Below are positions 19,096 to 27,602 of a stretch of DNA of 44,162 nucleotides, piece by piece; position 1 is the stretch's first letter; the number at the start of each line of letters is the position of its first letter. The position numbers were made by a program, and so were the translations under genes. The stretch comes from Spirochaetales bacterium (GTDB lineage Bacteria; Spirochaetota; Spirochaetia; DSM-27196; SLST01), in assembly GCA_007130265.1 (NCBI GenBank), contig SLST01000114.1, forward strand, positions 1-44,162, in the 5' to 3' direction. The notes under the pieces were generated by a model. That model saw only the letters and a program-made list of their open reading frames with translations. It made no database searches and was not told the DNA's origin.

Positions 19096-19121
19096 ACAGA
19101 TGCCGGCTCGCGTAGTAGGAT
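19093..19121 (+). promoter_or_regulatory. Sigma70 promoter for the sugar ABC operon (TTGACA-N17-TAGGAT)
   Basis: Consensus -35, 17-nt spacer, TAnnAT -10. Confidence 0.75.
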
Positions 19122-19131
19122 GCGCGCAACC

Positions 19132-20082
19132 ATGACTGAAACGTCCGTGGAACAGACCATCGTTCACCGACGGAAGTCCTTCGGTCGATATTTCGCCGTG
19201 AACAAGGCTCTGTACGCGATGCTCGTTCCGGGCCTGCTCGTGCTACTCGTCTTTCGTTACCTGCCGATGTACGGTCTGATCATTAGCTTCCAGCATTTCC
19301 ATCCGGCCGTCGGAATCGCCGCAAGCAGATGGGTCGGTTTCGCCCATTTTGTGAACTTCTTCAACGATCCGTACTTTGTCCGGCTCATCCGCAACACGTT
19401 CCTGCTCGGTCTCTATACGCTCATCATCGGATTTCCTGCGCCCATTGTCTTCGCCATACTGCTCAACGAGCTGCGAGTGCATACCTTCAAGCGGGTCGTC
19501 CAGACGATATCCTACATGCCTCACTTCCTTTCCATTGTCGTGGTGATTGGCCTGTTGCGACAGCTCACCAGCATGAGCGATGGCGTCATCAACGACATGA
19601 TCGAGAGCTTGGGCGGTGCGAGGATCCACTTCTTCGCTCGGCCCGAGTGGTTTCGCCCGCTCTACATTACTTCCGTGATCTGGCAGGGAGTTGGCTTCGG
19701 CTCGATTCTCTATCTTGCGGCCATTGCTGGCATCAACCCCGAGCTCTACGAGTCTGCCGTTATGGACGGCGCCAACCGTTTCGCACAGATATGGCACATC
19801 ACCCTGCCGTCGATTCTACCCACGATCACAATTCTTTTCATCTTGGCGGTCGGGGGCATACTCGGGAACGATTTCCAGCGGGTCCTACTCATGTACAGCC
19901 CGTTCAACTATGAGACGGCGGACGTAGTTCAGACCTATGTCTACCGGGTGGGGCTCGAGAGCCCGAGCCCGAACTTCAGCTACGCGGCCGCCGTAGGACT
20001 CTTCATGGCGGTCATTTCGCTCGTCTTCCTGATCGTCACCAACAGGCTAGCGAAGACGGTTGGAGAGTCGTCGCTGTGGTAG
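19132..20082 (+). CDS. Carbohydrate ABC transporter permease (LplB-like)
   Basis: YLPMYGLIISF, QTISYMPHFLS, EAA-type loop LYESAVMDGANRFAQIWHITLP; multiple TM segments. Confidence 0.92.
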   Translation: MTETSVEQTIVHRRKSFGRYFAVNKALYAMLVPGLLVLLVFRYLPMYGLIISFQHFHPAVGIAASRWVGFAHFVNFFNDPYFVRLIRNTFLLGLYTLIIGFPAPIVFAILLNELRVHTFKRVVQTISYMPHFLSIVVVIGLLRQLTSMSDGVINDMIESLGGARIHFFARPEWFRPLYITSVIWQGVGFGSILYLAAIAGINPELYESAVMDGANRFAQIWHITLPSILPTITILFILAVGGILGNDFQRVLLMYSPFNYETADVVQTYVYRVGLESPSPNFSYAAAVGLFMAVISLVFLIVTNRLAKTVGESSLW

Positions 20083-20101
20083 AGCCTACCATGGAGCACG
20101 A

Positions 20102-20977
20102 ATGAGATTATCCCGACGATTTGACCTATTTGACGTCGCGAACACTCTCTTCTTCGTCGCCGTCAGTATAGCGTTCCTGTATCCCATTCTCAGAACAGTC
20201 GCCGTTTCGTTCAGCGATGCCGCTGCGCTACGCCACCAGCGAATCGGCCTGTGGCCGGCCGGATTCTCGACGGATTCGTACGCCACGCTCCTGTCGGACG
20301 GACGGATCATGCGGTACTACCTCAACACGGTCAACTACGCCGTGACAGGCACGATTCTGATGCTCACCTGCACCTCGCTCCTTGCGTACCCGTTGACATT
20401 CCGCGATTTCCGCGGTCGTACGCTCGTCACCATCATCCTCGCCGTCACGATGTTTTTCGGCGGCGGGCTGATCCCGTTCTACCTCGTCGTGCTCAGACTT
20501 CGACTCATCGACACTATGTGGGCGCTGGTCATCCCGCCGGCCGTGCAGGCGTGGAACGTCTTCATATTCCGGACCTTTTTCGCGACGATACCAGATTCGC
20601 TGCGAGAGTCTGCGCACATTGACGGCGCTGGCCACTTCACTGTACTCGCGCGCATTGTGCTGCCGCTCTCCAAGCCGTTGTTGGCGACATTCACGCTCTT
20701 CACAGTCGTCGCTTTCTGGAACGATTTCTTCAATCCGCTCATCTTTTTGCGCAGTGAGAGCAAACAGCCGGTTCAACTCTTTCTCCGACGCATCCTGATT
20801 CTCGTGGACTTACGCGATCTGGACAACATGCACATAATCGAGGCGATGCGCAATATTAGCAGCCGAACGGTGCAGGCGGCTGCGGTGATGATCACGATTA
20901 CACCGATCCTGTGCGTCTACCCGTTCCTGCAGAAGTACTTCACCAAGGGGCTTCTGATCGGTGCGATCAAAGCATAG
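20102..20977 (+). CDS. Carbohydrate ABC transporter permease (LplC-like)
   Basis: MFFGGGLIPFY, IPDSLRESAHIDGAG...IVLPLSKP, YPFLQKYFTKGLLIGAIK. Confidence 0.92.
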   Translation: MRLSRRFDLFDVANTLFFVAVSIAFLYPILRTVAVSFSDAAALRHQRIGLWPAGFSTDSYATLLSDGRIMRYYLNTVNYAVTGTILMLTCTSLLAYPLTFRDFRGRTLVTIILAVTMFFGGGLIPFYLVVLRLRLIDTMWALVIPPAVQAWNVFIFRTFFATIPDSLRESAHIDGAGHFTVLARIVLPLSKPLLATFTLFTVVAFWNDFFNPLIFLRSESKQPVQLFLRRILILVDLRDLDNMHIIEAMRNISSRTVQAAAVMITITPILCVYPFLQKYFTKGLLIGAIKA

Positions 20978-20989
20978 CCGGTGTTTCGG

Positions 20990-21029
20990 TCGAGTCGCGT
21001 GAAGCGTCGCGTTGCGGCGGGCGACTCGA
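20990..21029 (+). other. Intergenic stem-loop upstream of the SBP ribosome-binding site
   Basis: TCGAGTCGC / GCGACTCGA 9-bp inverted repeat, no U tract. Confidence 0.55.
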
Positions 21030-21050
21030 ACCAATACCAAGGAGGACGAT

Positions 21051-22673
21051 ATGTCCAAACGCATCCTTTTTCTATTTTTGGCAGCGATACTTCTCGTCGG
21101 GTTCGGTGCCGCGGCTCTAGCAGGAGGTCGGCAGGAGGCCTCCGTGACCGAGCTTCCAGCCGGTCCACTGCTTCCATGGACCGGCTCGGAGATCGTGTGG
21201 AGCGGATTCGGTGCCGATCTTGGGATGGTGAACGATCCCTCGACGCCCGTCTATGCAGAGTATCTGCAGGGAACCGGCAATGCGCGAGTTGAGTGGGAGA
21301 CTGCGCCGTGGGGCGACTACGACACAAAGCTAACCCTCTACATGAGCTCCGGCGACCTGCCGGACATCGTCTGGGCGCGTGACTCGGTCACCAAGGCGTT
21401 CGAGCTTGGAGATCTCGGGATGTTCCTGGACTGGAACCAGTTCCTCGATCGGATGCCCAATGTTGAGCGCTATGCAGAGGAGTACCCACACTTCAACCAC
21501 GTAGTGACAGAAGACGGCGAGCGGTTCGCAATAAACGACCTGGCCAACGCCGAGTACATTGGGGAGGGGTGGTTCTACAATCCCGTGGTACTCGAGCGCG
21601 CGGGAATCCCGGGACCGCCGGAAACGATGGAGGAAATGATCGAGCAGATCAAGACGATCAAAGAGCGCGTTCCGGGAGTCGACGGCTATCTCTCGTACTG
21701 GGGCATGGGCTACGTGCTGAACGCCTTTGGCAGTGCGATGAACGTGCGGCCGGCGAACGTGCGGCAAGGGATCGCCTACGATACGGATCGCGGTGAGTGG
21801 ATTCACCATCCGACGATGAACCCGGACTACCGTCTGCTCCTTGAGTACCTGCATGAACTCTACCAGGCCGATGCGTTCAACCCGGATGCCATTGCCGTGG
21901 GCGTGGAGGACGAACGGGTGAACGAGCTCCTGGAGGCTGGCAACTACGCCTTCATCTACTGGTACTACTTCGAGCTCGAGAACAAATGGGGCGAACACGG
22001 TGAGGAACCTCCGGTTGTCGGGATGAGACCGCCGTCCCATCGGGGGCACACTTACTACCATATCACGGTGCCGCATGACGCGGTGGGCAATTGGGGCTAT
22101 ATGTCGCCACGCGATGTCAAGATGCCCGAAGTGCTCGCTTCGTACGTAGATAACATCATGTCCTTCGAGAGCTACATGCTTTTCACCTGGGGGATCGAAG
22201 GGCTTACCTATGACATCGGTCCTGACGGAGCTCCGCGATTCCTCGATACCTACGATGCCGCAGGCAGACGAGACCTGGGAGTGGGCAATTTCTGGGACGT
22301 GCGCTACATCAAGTTCGACGACCGGTACGGAAACTGGTTCGCCAGTGCTATGCCTCCGGAAAGCGCCGCACACGCTCCCGCCGTGGAAGATGTTCGTCGT
22401 CTCCAGCGCGGCGAGATGGTCCCGATCTGGAACTGGTCACGGCCGCTCATGACGCCTGAGCAGAACGCAGAGATTGCCAGAATCATGACGCCTATCAACA
22501 CTTTCATCGAAGAAGAACAGCTGAAGTTCATCACTGGTGCGAGGTCCATGGAAGAGTTTGACCAGTTCGTCGCGCAGATAAACCGCATGGGCAATCTCGA
22601 CCGCGTGCTCGAATACTACAACGGTGGTCATCAGTGGCTTATGGGTGATCGCCGGTACCCGCGGATCCCGTAA
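21051..22673 (+). CDS. Carbohydrate ABC transporter solute-binding protein (family 1)
   Basis: Signal peptide MSKRILFLFLAAILLVGFGAAALAGGRQE; SGDLPDI, WGIEGLTY, KFITGARSMEEFDQF; AAGGAGG SD. Confidence 0.92.
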   Translation: MSKRILFLFLAAILLVGFGAAALAGGRQEASVTELPAGPLLPWTGSEIVWSGFGADLGMVNDPSTPVYAEYLQGTGNARVEWETAPWGDYDTKLTLYMSSGDLPDIVWARDSVTKAFELGDLGMFLDWNQFLDRMPNVERYAEEYPHFNHVVTEDGERFAINDLANAEYIGEGWFYNPVVLERAGIPGPPETMEEMIEQIKTIKERVPGVDGYLSYWGMGYVLNAFGSAMNVRPANVRQGIAYDTDRGEWIHHPTMNPDYRLLLEYLHELYQADAFNPDAIAVGVEDERVNELLEAGNYAFIYWYYFELENKWGEHGEEPPVVGMRPPSHRGHTYYHITVPHDAVGNWGYMSPRDVKMPEVLASYVDNIMSFESYMLFTWGIEGLTYDIGPDGAPRFLDTYDAAGRRDLGVGNFWDVRYIKFDDRYGNWFASAMPPESAAHAPAVEDVRRLQRGEMVPIWNWSRPLMTPEQNAEIARIMTPINTFIEEEQLKFITGARSMEEFDQFVAQINRMGNLDRVLEYYNGGHQWLMGDRRYPRIP

Positions 22674-22708
22674 CTCCTGGGAGATGCTCGGACTCGAAGA
22701 GCAACAGC

Positions 22709-22738
22709 AAAGCCGGCGCCTCGTGAGGCGCCGGCTTT
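22709..22738. terminator. Intrinsic terminator, probably bidirectional
   Basis: AAAGCCGGCGCCT-CGTG-AGGCGCCGGCTTT perfect stem 36 nt after the SBP stop. Confidence 0.8.
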
Positions 22739-23167
22739 CGATAGGAGTCGGCCTTGAACAGCTCTCTTCCTGTGCCCGAGGTTCACTGCAAGTCCATGGC
22801 TTTCAGCCGAGACGATGGCCGCTCAAGGATACAACGTTGGCCAGGCGTGCCTGGTGCTGTCCTGTCGTGGAGCAATTTGCACCCATCGACCTTCCAATAG
22901 CCTAACGTTGTACCTTTGGGGTGCCCGCCCAAGAGCAATTTCGAAATCGGACTAACAGAGGCGCATGTTCGCCTCTAACGGTGCGCCGCGCCCCCCCACA
23001 CGAGCGAAGTATAGCGCGGACAGACGCTTGGTACGCAAGAACAGCTCCCGCTGAAGGGACACGGCAAGTCAAGCTACTATCGCTGGGTTCCAGCCGGATA
23101 TTGCTGCGATGACTCCGGGAGCGTGGCGGAGGAACCGGATGTGTGATAGGGTCGAGTGGAAGGGGTG

Positions 23168-24067
23168 ATGGCTATGGGTCGTGTTCAGTATAGGGAGAAT
23201 GGTCTGGCGGGAAAGGCCTTCGCTACCAATGGCCGTCTCGTCCGGAGTGGCGTTGAGTCTACCGACTTTCTCGAGATGACGCCGTTCGTGTTCGCCGGCC
23301 GACGATGCATACTCGGAAGTGCCCACGGCAAAGCGCCGGCGAATCCGTATGAAGGTAGGTGTCTGTGGATCGAGGATGTGGCGAGTTCGGAAGTGGTGAC
23401 TGCATTCGCCGAGGGGTACGGCCTGGCAAGCGCGTTCGTTGACGACGAGACAGTCTATGTCTATGCGATCCCGAACGATAGCCGCGGCTCTGACCGAATC
23501 GACTGTTTCAGGAGCCGTGATCTGGAGCACTGGGAACCCTCCAGCGTTCTCGTGGCGCTGGAGGGAGAAGAGCTGTTCAACCAGAGCGTGTGCCGCGCCG
23601 GTGATCGGTACGTCATGGCGTACGAGAGCCGGGATACTCATTACCCGCCGTTTACCATCTACTTCGCAGAATCCCAGGACTTGATGGCATGGTCACGGAT
23701 ATCCGGACCGGTGTACGGAACGGACCGGTACACGGCGTGTCCCACCATCAGGTACGTGGATGGGATGTTCTACATGCTGTACCTTGAGCATCTGAAACCC
23801 CGCTGGTGGTTCGAGACCTACCTTACCAGATCCTCGGATCTGGTGAACTGGGAACAGAGTCCCCTCAACCCGGTACTCGCTCCGGTGGGTCCAGAGCACA
23901 TCAATGCGAGCGATGCCGACCTCATGGAGCATTCCACCAATGGCCGTCCCGTGGTGAGCGTGTACTATGCCACGGGAGACCAGAAGACCTTCGGGGCTGT
24001 CACGTCGGCAGACTACGCGGGAACAGAGCAGGAGTTCTTCGCCCACTACTATCCGGCCTCTCCATAG
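23168..24067 (+). CDS. Beta-propeller glycoside hydrolase-like protein, paralog of 13226..14107
   Basis: SRDLEHW, SQDLMAW, SSDLVNW Asp-boxes; shares LFNxSxC, DRYTA, SPxNPVL, INxSDxD with the first copy; start 23168 or 23174. Confidence 0.7.
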   Translation: MAMGRVQYRENGLAGKAFATNGRLVRSGVESTDFLEMTPFVFAGRRCILGSAHGKAPANPYEGRCLWIEDVASSEVVTAFAEGYGLASAFVDDETVYVYAIPNDSRGSDRIDCFRSRDLEHWEPSSVLVALEGEELFNQSVCRAGDRYVMAYESRDTHYPPFTIYFAESQDLMAWSRISGPVYGTDRYTACPTIRYVDGMFYMLYLEHLKPRWWFETYLTRSSDLVNWEQSPLNPVLAPVGPEHINASDADLMEHSTNGRPVVSVYYATGDQKTFGAVTSADYAGTEQEFFAHYYPASP

Positions 24068-24158
24068 GTCCCATGCCAGTCACGGTTGACCGGGCGTTAC
24101 GCGTGTCGGCGGAGTACTGGTTCCACGAGGATCTCGCTGCCCCTCCTCGTCAGGCACC

Positions 24159-24480
24159 ATGGAAAGGATATGCCGCCGGGACGTCTGCGTTGCGTCGGCA
24201 GAACCTGACTTCATCTGGACCGATGACGACTTCAGGCGCCTTCGTCACATGCCGGTACGCGCCGCATGTTTCTGCACGAGATGTCTCGAAAGGTCCGCAG
24301 AGGAGTGCGGCAGCTCCGTTGACCGGGAATCGCTTCGGAGGGCGTTTGCCGAGGGGTGCCTGCACGAAAAGTTCCAGACGAGGTAGGTGTGGCTCGAGCA
24401 CAACCGCGAGGCTATCGCGAAGGTGCTATGCGCGGTCGAAGCGTCGGTGCATGACGTGCAGCCGGATACACTGATGGCAA
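24159..24480 (+). pseudogene. Fragment of a GH-like hypothetical gene with in-frame TAG
   Basis: PDFIWTDDDFR...CFCTRC...RESL then TAG (24384-24386), continuing in frame as VWLEHNREAIAKVL...VHDVQP; no intact start or end. Confidence 0.55.
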
Positions 24481-24654
24481 AAGCAAGCGCGGCACGACTC
24501 GGGGAAGCAGGGAGACGGACCGGAAGCGGGCGAACGGATCGCGCGGAACCAGCCTCTCGAGTGCGTCGGTGCCCGCACCGGTGGCGATGCCGTCGCGCGC
24601 AGGGGCAGACTGGGCGACATTGGCATGGATCGGTGAGAAAGAAGAGCCCGGAGA

Positions 24655-25728
24655 TCACCTCCAGGCGAGCTCCTCCGATAAATCGAGATACGTCTTGATG
24701 GCCTCACCGGGGACGTTGAACGGAATGTGGTTGCCGATGCACATCATGTAGCCTCCGGACATTCGGCCCGTTTCCACCATGGAACGTACCATCCGCTCGA
24801 TCTCGTCGCGGTCGTTGCGCATGAGGATACGATTGTCACCCTCGCCGGCGATGAAGCAGTTCTCATAGCGGCGGGCGATCGATCTGTAGTCCGTATACGG
24901 CTCGCTGATGATGCCTCGGGCGCCGCACGACATCACGTCATCGACGAAGGCGTTCACGCATCCGTCAACCATGAAGATGACCTGCTTGCCGGCATCCTTC
25001 AGGATCGACCAGAACTCCTCGTAGCGAGGGAAGATGTGCTTGCGCATCCAGGCGGGACTGCACACCGGTCCGCTCGAGAGCACGATGTCGTCATGACAGA
25101 TGACGAAGTTGACCGGGAGCCGCGCAAAGGCGCGGAAGACCCTCCGGTTGATCTCCGCGAACTCCTCCATGATCCGGTCGAACTCCGGCTCGAGGCAGAT
25201 GCTGAGAAACGGCTCGTACCCGAAGACGAGGAGCGGCCACATAAACATCGTGTTGTAGAACCCGACCGAGGCAGGTGAGCCCTCCGGAGCCTTGTCCCCC
25301 CACTCCGCCGGGTAGTTTTTGCGGTACCGCTCGTAGACAACCTGTTCGGACCGGAAGTCACCGTCCACCACGACCTGCCACCCGGTGAAGTCACCCTGTT
25401 CGAGCGGGCTGAACCGGAGCATCGTCTCGTGATCGGGGAACCGGTGCGATGCGATGTCCTGCTGCCAGTGATCCCGATACGAGTCGCCCCAGCGGCCCTT
25501 GCCCAGGTCCTTTTGCTCCTCCGGGCGGGGCCGCGGATCGTCGGTCTCGGGGACCGGTAGCCGCAGTTGCGGATACAGCTCGCTGAGCTTCAGTCGGCAT
25601 CGCCGAGGATGAGCATAGTAATCGATCCCGGTGAGATAGCTCTCTGCGTCGGGGTTCGACCAGTGCTCCCAGTGCGTCATGCGCTTCGGTCCGAGCCCCA
25701 TGTAACTCTCGTACACCGGATCGTTCAT
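24655..25728 (-). CDS. Uroporphyrinogen decarboxylase (URO-D/CmuA/MtaA) superfamily protein
   Basis: HDDIVLSSGPVCSPAWMRKHIFPRY, GKQVIFMVDG, GGYMMCIGNHIPFNVP; GGAGGAG SD before ATG 25728. Confidence 0.8.
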   Translation of the reverse strand: MNDPVYESYMGLGPKRMTHWEHWSNPDAESYLTGIDYYAHPRRCRLKLSELYPQLRLPVPETDDPRPRPEEQKDLGKGRWGDSYRDHWQQDIASHRFPDHETMLRFSPLEQGDFTGWQVVVDGDFRSEQVVYERYRKNYPAEWGDKAPEGSPASVGFYNTMFMWPLLVFGYEPFLSICLEPEFDRIMEEFAEINRRVFRAFARLPVNFVICHDDIVLSSGPVCSPAWMRKHIFPRYEEFWSILKDAGKQVIFMVDGCVNAFVDDVMSCGARGIISEPYTDYRSIARRYENCFIAGEGDNRILMRNDRDEIERMVRSMVETGRMSGGYMMCIGNHIPFNVPGEAIKTYLDLSEELAWR

Positions 25729-25750
25729 CGCTCCTCCAGTCGGCATCGCC

Positions 25751-25779
25751 ACCGTATTAAGGCGCCGGTCCGGTGTCAA
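25751..25779 (-). promoter_or_regulatory. Candidate sigma70 promoter for the URO-D-like gene (TTGACA-N17-TACGGT)
   Basis: Consensus -35, exact spacer, just upstream of the SD. Confidence 0.6.
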
Positions 25780-25868
25780 GCAGCCGCGACACGCGAAGCT
25801 CCATTCGTGCGTCCAGTTACCCGGAAGCTCGAAAGGCCTCCGGCTTCACCGGCCGCTCCGACGGTTGT

Positions 25869-27461
25869 TCAATAATCGTCCAACACGCGAGGATCGATCG
25901 CCGGCATCGTCTCGAGCTTCCAGATATCGACGGGCACGTCGTTCTGTTGCGCCCGTCCCGGCGTGCTGCGGCCGTCGGCGACGAGCTTCTTCAGACGAGC
26001 GAGCATGGCTTTGACTCGGTCCGGTTCCTGCGCATGGAGGTTCGTAGTCTCCCCGGGGTCGGCGTGCAAATCATAGAGTTGCACGAGCGGCAGACCCTGT
26101 TCCGCCGCCTCGCGGTCAGGGTGGGTCCATCCTCCTGAACCGGGACACAGCACCAGTTTCCACTCCCCGTCACGGATCGCAAACTTGCCGTCGATCGAAT
26201 GATGCACGACATGGTCGCGAACCGGCTCGTCGGGATGCCGGAACAGAGACAGCATGCTGAAGCTGTCTTCGCCGGCGCTGTCGGGCAGAGCGTCGCCGAC
26301 GATATCGGCACAGGTAGCCATCAGATCCGAAAGACAGACCAGTTGGCCACAGATGCTGCCGGGTTCGATGGCTCCCGGCCACCGGGCGATACAGGGGATA
26401 CGGTGTCCGCCGTCCCAGGCATCGGACTTGTAGCCTCTGTACGGGCCGCTGGGGAAGTGGCCCTGCGGTTCCATTGCCGACTCGTAGTTGCCCCGGCCAT
26501 CTTCCTTCGCTCCAACGTAGTGCGCGCAGCCGTTATCGCTGGTGAAGACGACGAGGGTATTGTCGGCAACCCCGTGCCTCTCGAGGGAGTCGAGGACGCG
26601 TCCGAACACATCGTCGGTCTCAATGACCAGATCGGCGTAAAGATTGGCGAGTCCACTTCGGCCAATGAACTCCTTGTTGACCGATAGCGGCGTGTGCGGA
26701 GACGTCATAGGCAGATAGAGAAAGAACGGCTCTTCCGCGGCGGCCCGTTCGCCGATGTAGTCATCCGCCTTCTTCGCCCAGGTTGGCAGGAGCTGCTCGA
26801 AGTGCCAGTAGGGCATGGCGGGGCCACGCCAGCTCGCCAGATTCTGAGCCATCAGACGCTCCGGGATGAACTCCGACGGGATACCTACCGTCCGATCGTT
26901 TTCGATGAAACAGTATGGGGGCCAGTTGGGAACGTCCACGCCAAAGTAGTAGTCGAACCCGCGCTTGGTAGGCCCGCCGGTCGTCGGCTTCGAGAAGGCC
27001 TCGCGCCAGAGAGCCTTCTGCGCTGAAGTCGCTTCGAGATCCTCGGGGAGCCTGTCGGGTTGGGTGAAGGCCGGGACTTCCGGGCGGAAGTCCTCCGGTG
27101 TCGCCTCGAAGTCCCACCCCTGTCCCAGATGCCACTTGCCGATGCACGCCGTGTGGTACCCGTGCGTCTTGAGAAATCCGGGTACGGTCAACCGGGTTCC
27201 CGCGATCAACGGATCCCCATAGACGCCGACGATTCCTCTCTGCAGCGTGGACCGCCAGTTGTAGCGCCCGGTAAGCACGCTGTAACGCGACGGCGAGCAC
27301 ACCGCCGAACTGGAATGAGCATCGGTGAAGACCATGCCCTCTGTGGCGAACCGGTCGATATTCGGCGTCTTGATCATCCCGTCCGGGTTCAGGCACGAAG
27401 CATCACCGTAGCCCATGTCGTCGACGAAGAAGTACACGATGTTGGGTTTTGAGTGCATCAT
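25869..27461 (-). CDS. Arylsulfatase (formylglycine-dependent S1, Cys-type)
   Basis: PNIVYFFVDDMGYGD, CSPSRYSVLTGR, GKWHLG, TSDNG, GYK...GGHRIP. Confidence 0.95.
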   Translation of the reverse strand: MMHSKPNIVYFFVDDMGYGDASCLNPDGMIKTPNIDRFATEGMVFTDAHSSSAVCSPSRYSVLTGRYNWRSTLQRGIVGVYGDPLIAGTRLTVPGFLKTHGYHTACIGKWHLGQGWDFEATPEDFRPEVPAFTQPDRLPEDLEATSAQKALWREAFSKPTTGGPTKRGFDYYFGVDVPNWPPYCFIENDRTVGIPSEFIPERLMAQNLASWRGPAMPYWHFEQLLPTWAKKADDYIGERAAAEEPFFLYLPMTSPHTPLSVNKEFIGRSGLANLYADLVIETDDVFGRVLDSLERHGVADNTLVVFTSDNGCAHYVGAKEDGRGNYESAMEPQGHFPSGPYRGYKSDAWDGGHRIPCIARWPGAIEPGSICGQLVCLSDLMATCADIVGDALPDSAGEDSFSMLSLFRHPDEPVRDHVVHHSIDGKFAIRDGEWKLVLCPGSGGWTHPDREAAEQGLPLVQLYDLHADPGETTNLHAQEPDRVKAMLARLKKLVADGRSTPGRAQQNDVPVDIWKLETMPAIDPRVLDDY

Positions 27462-27493
27462 AGTTCCTTTCTCCGTGACGTGAGATCCTGGGT

Positions 27494-27522
27494 ATTCTCC
27501 TGGGCGCGCAGGTTTTCGTCAA
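27494..27522 (-). promoter_or_regulatory. Candidate sigma70 promoter (TTGACG-N17-GAGAAT) for the leftward sulfatase
   Basis: 17-nt spacer, in the divergent intergenic region. Confidence 0.45.
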
Positions 27523-27602
27523 GTGGAGCTACACCACCGACGGCCCTCCAAGCCGTCGGCGCAGACATGTACAATCCCCAACCAACGTAGTAGGCTCGGG
27601 CC

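Noticed and set aside
19132-22673. Sugar ABC operon without an ATPase gene
   Set aside because: Common; CUT1 systems often share an MsmX/MalK-type ATPase encoded elsewhere
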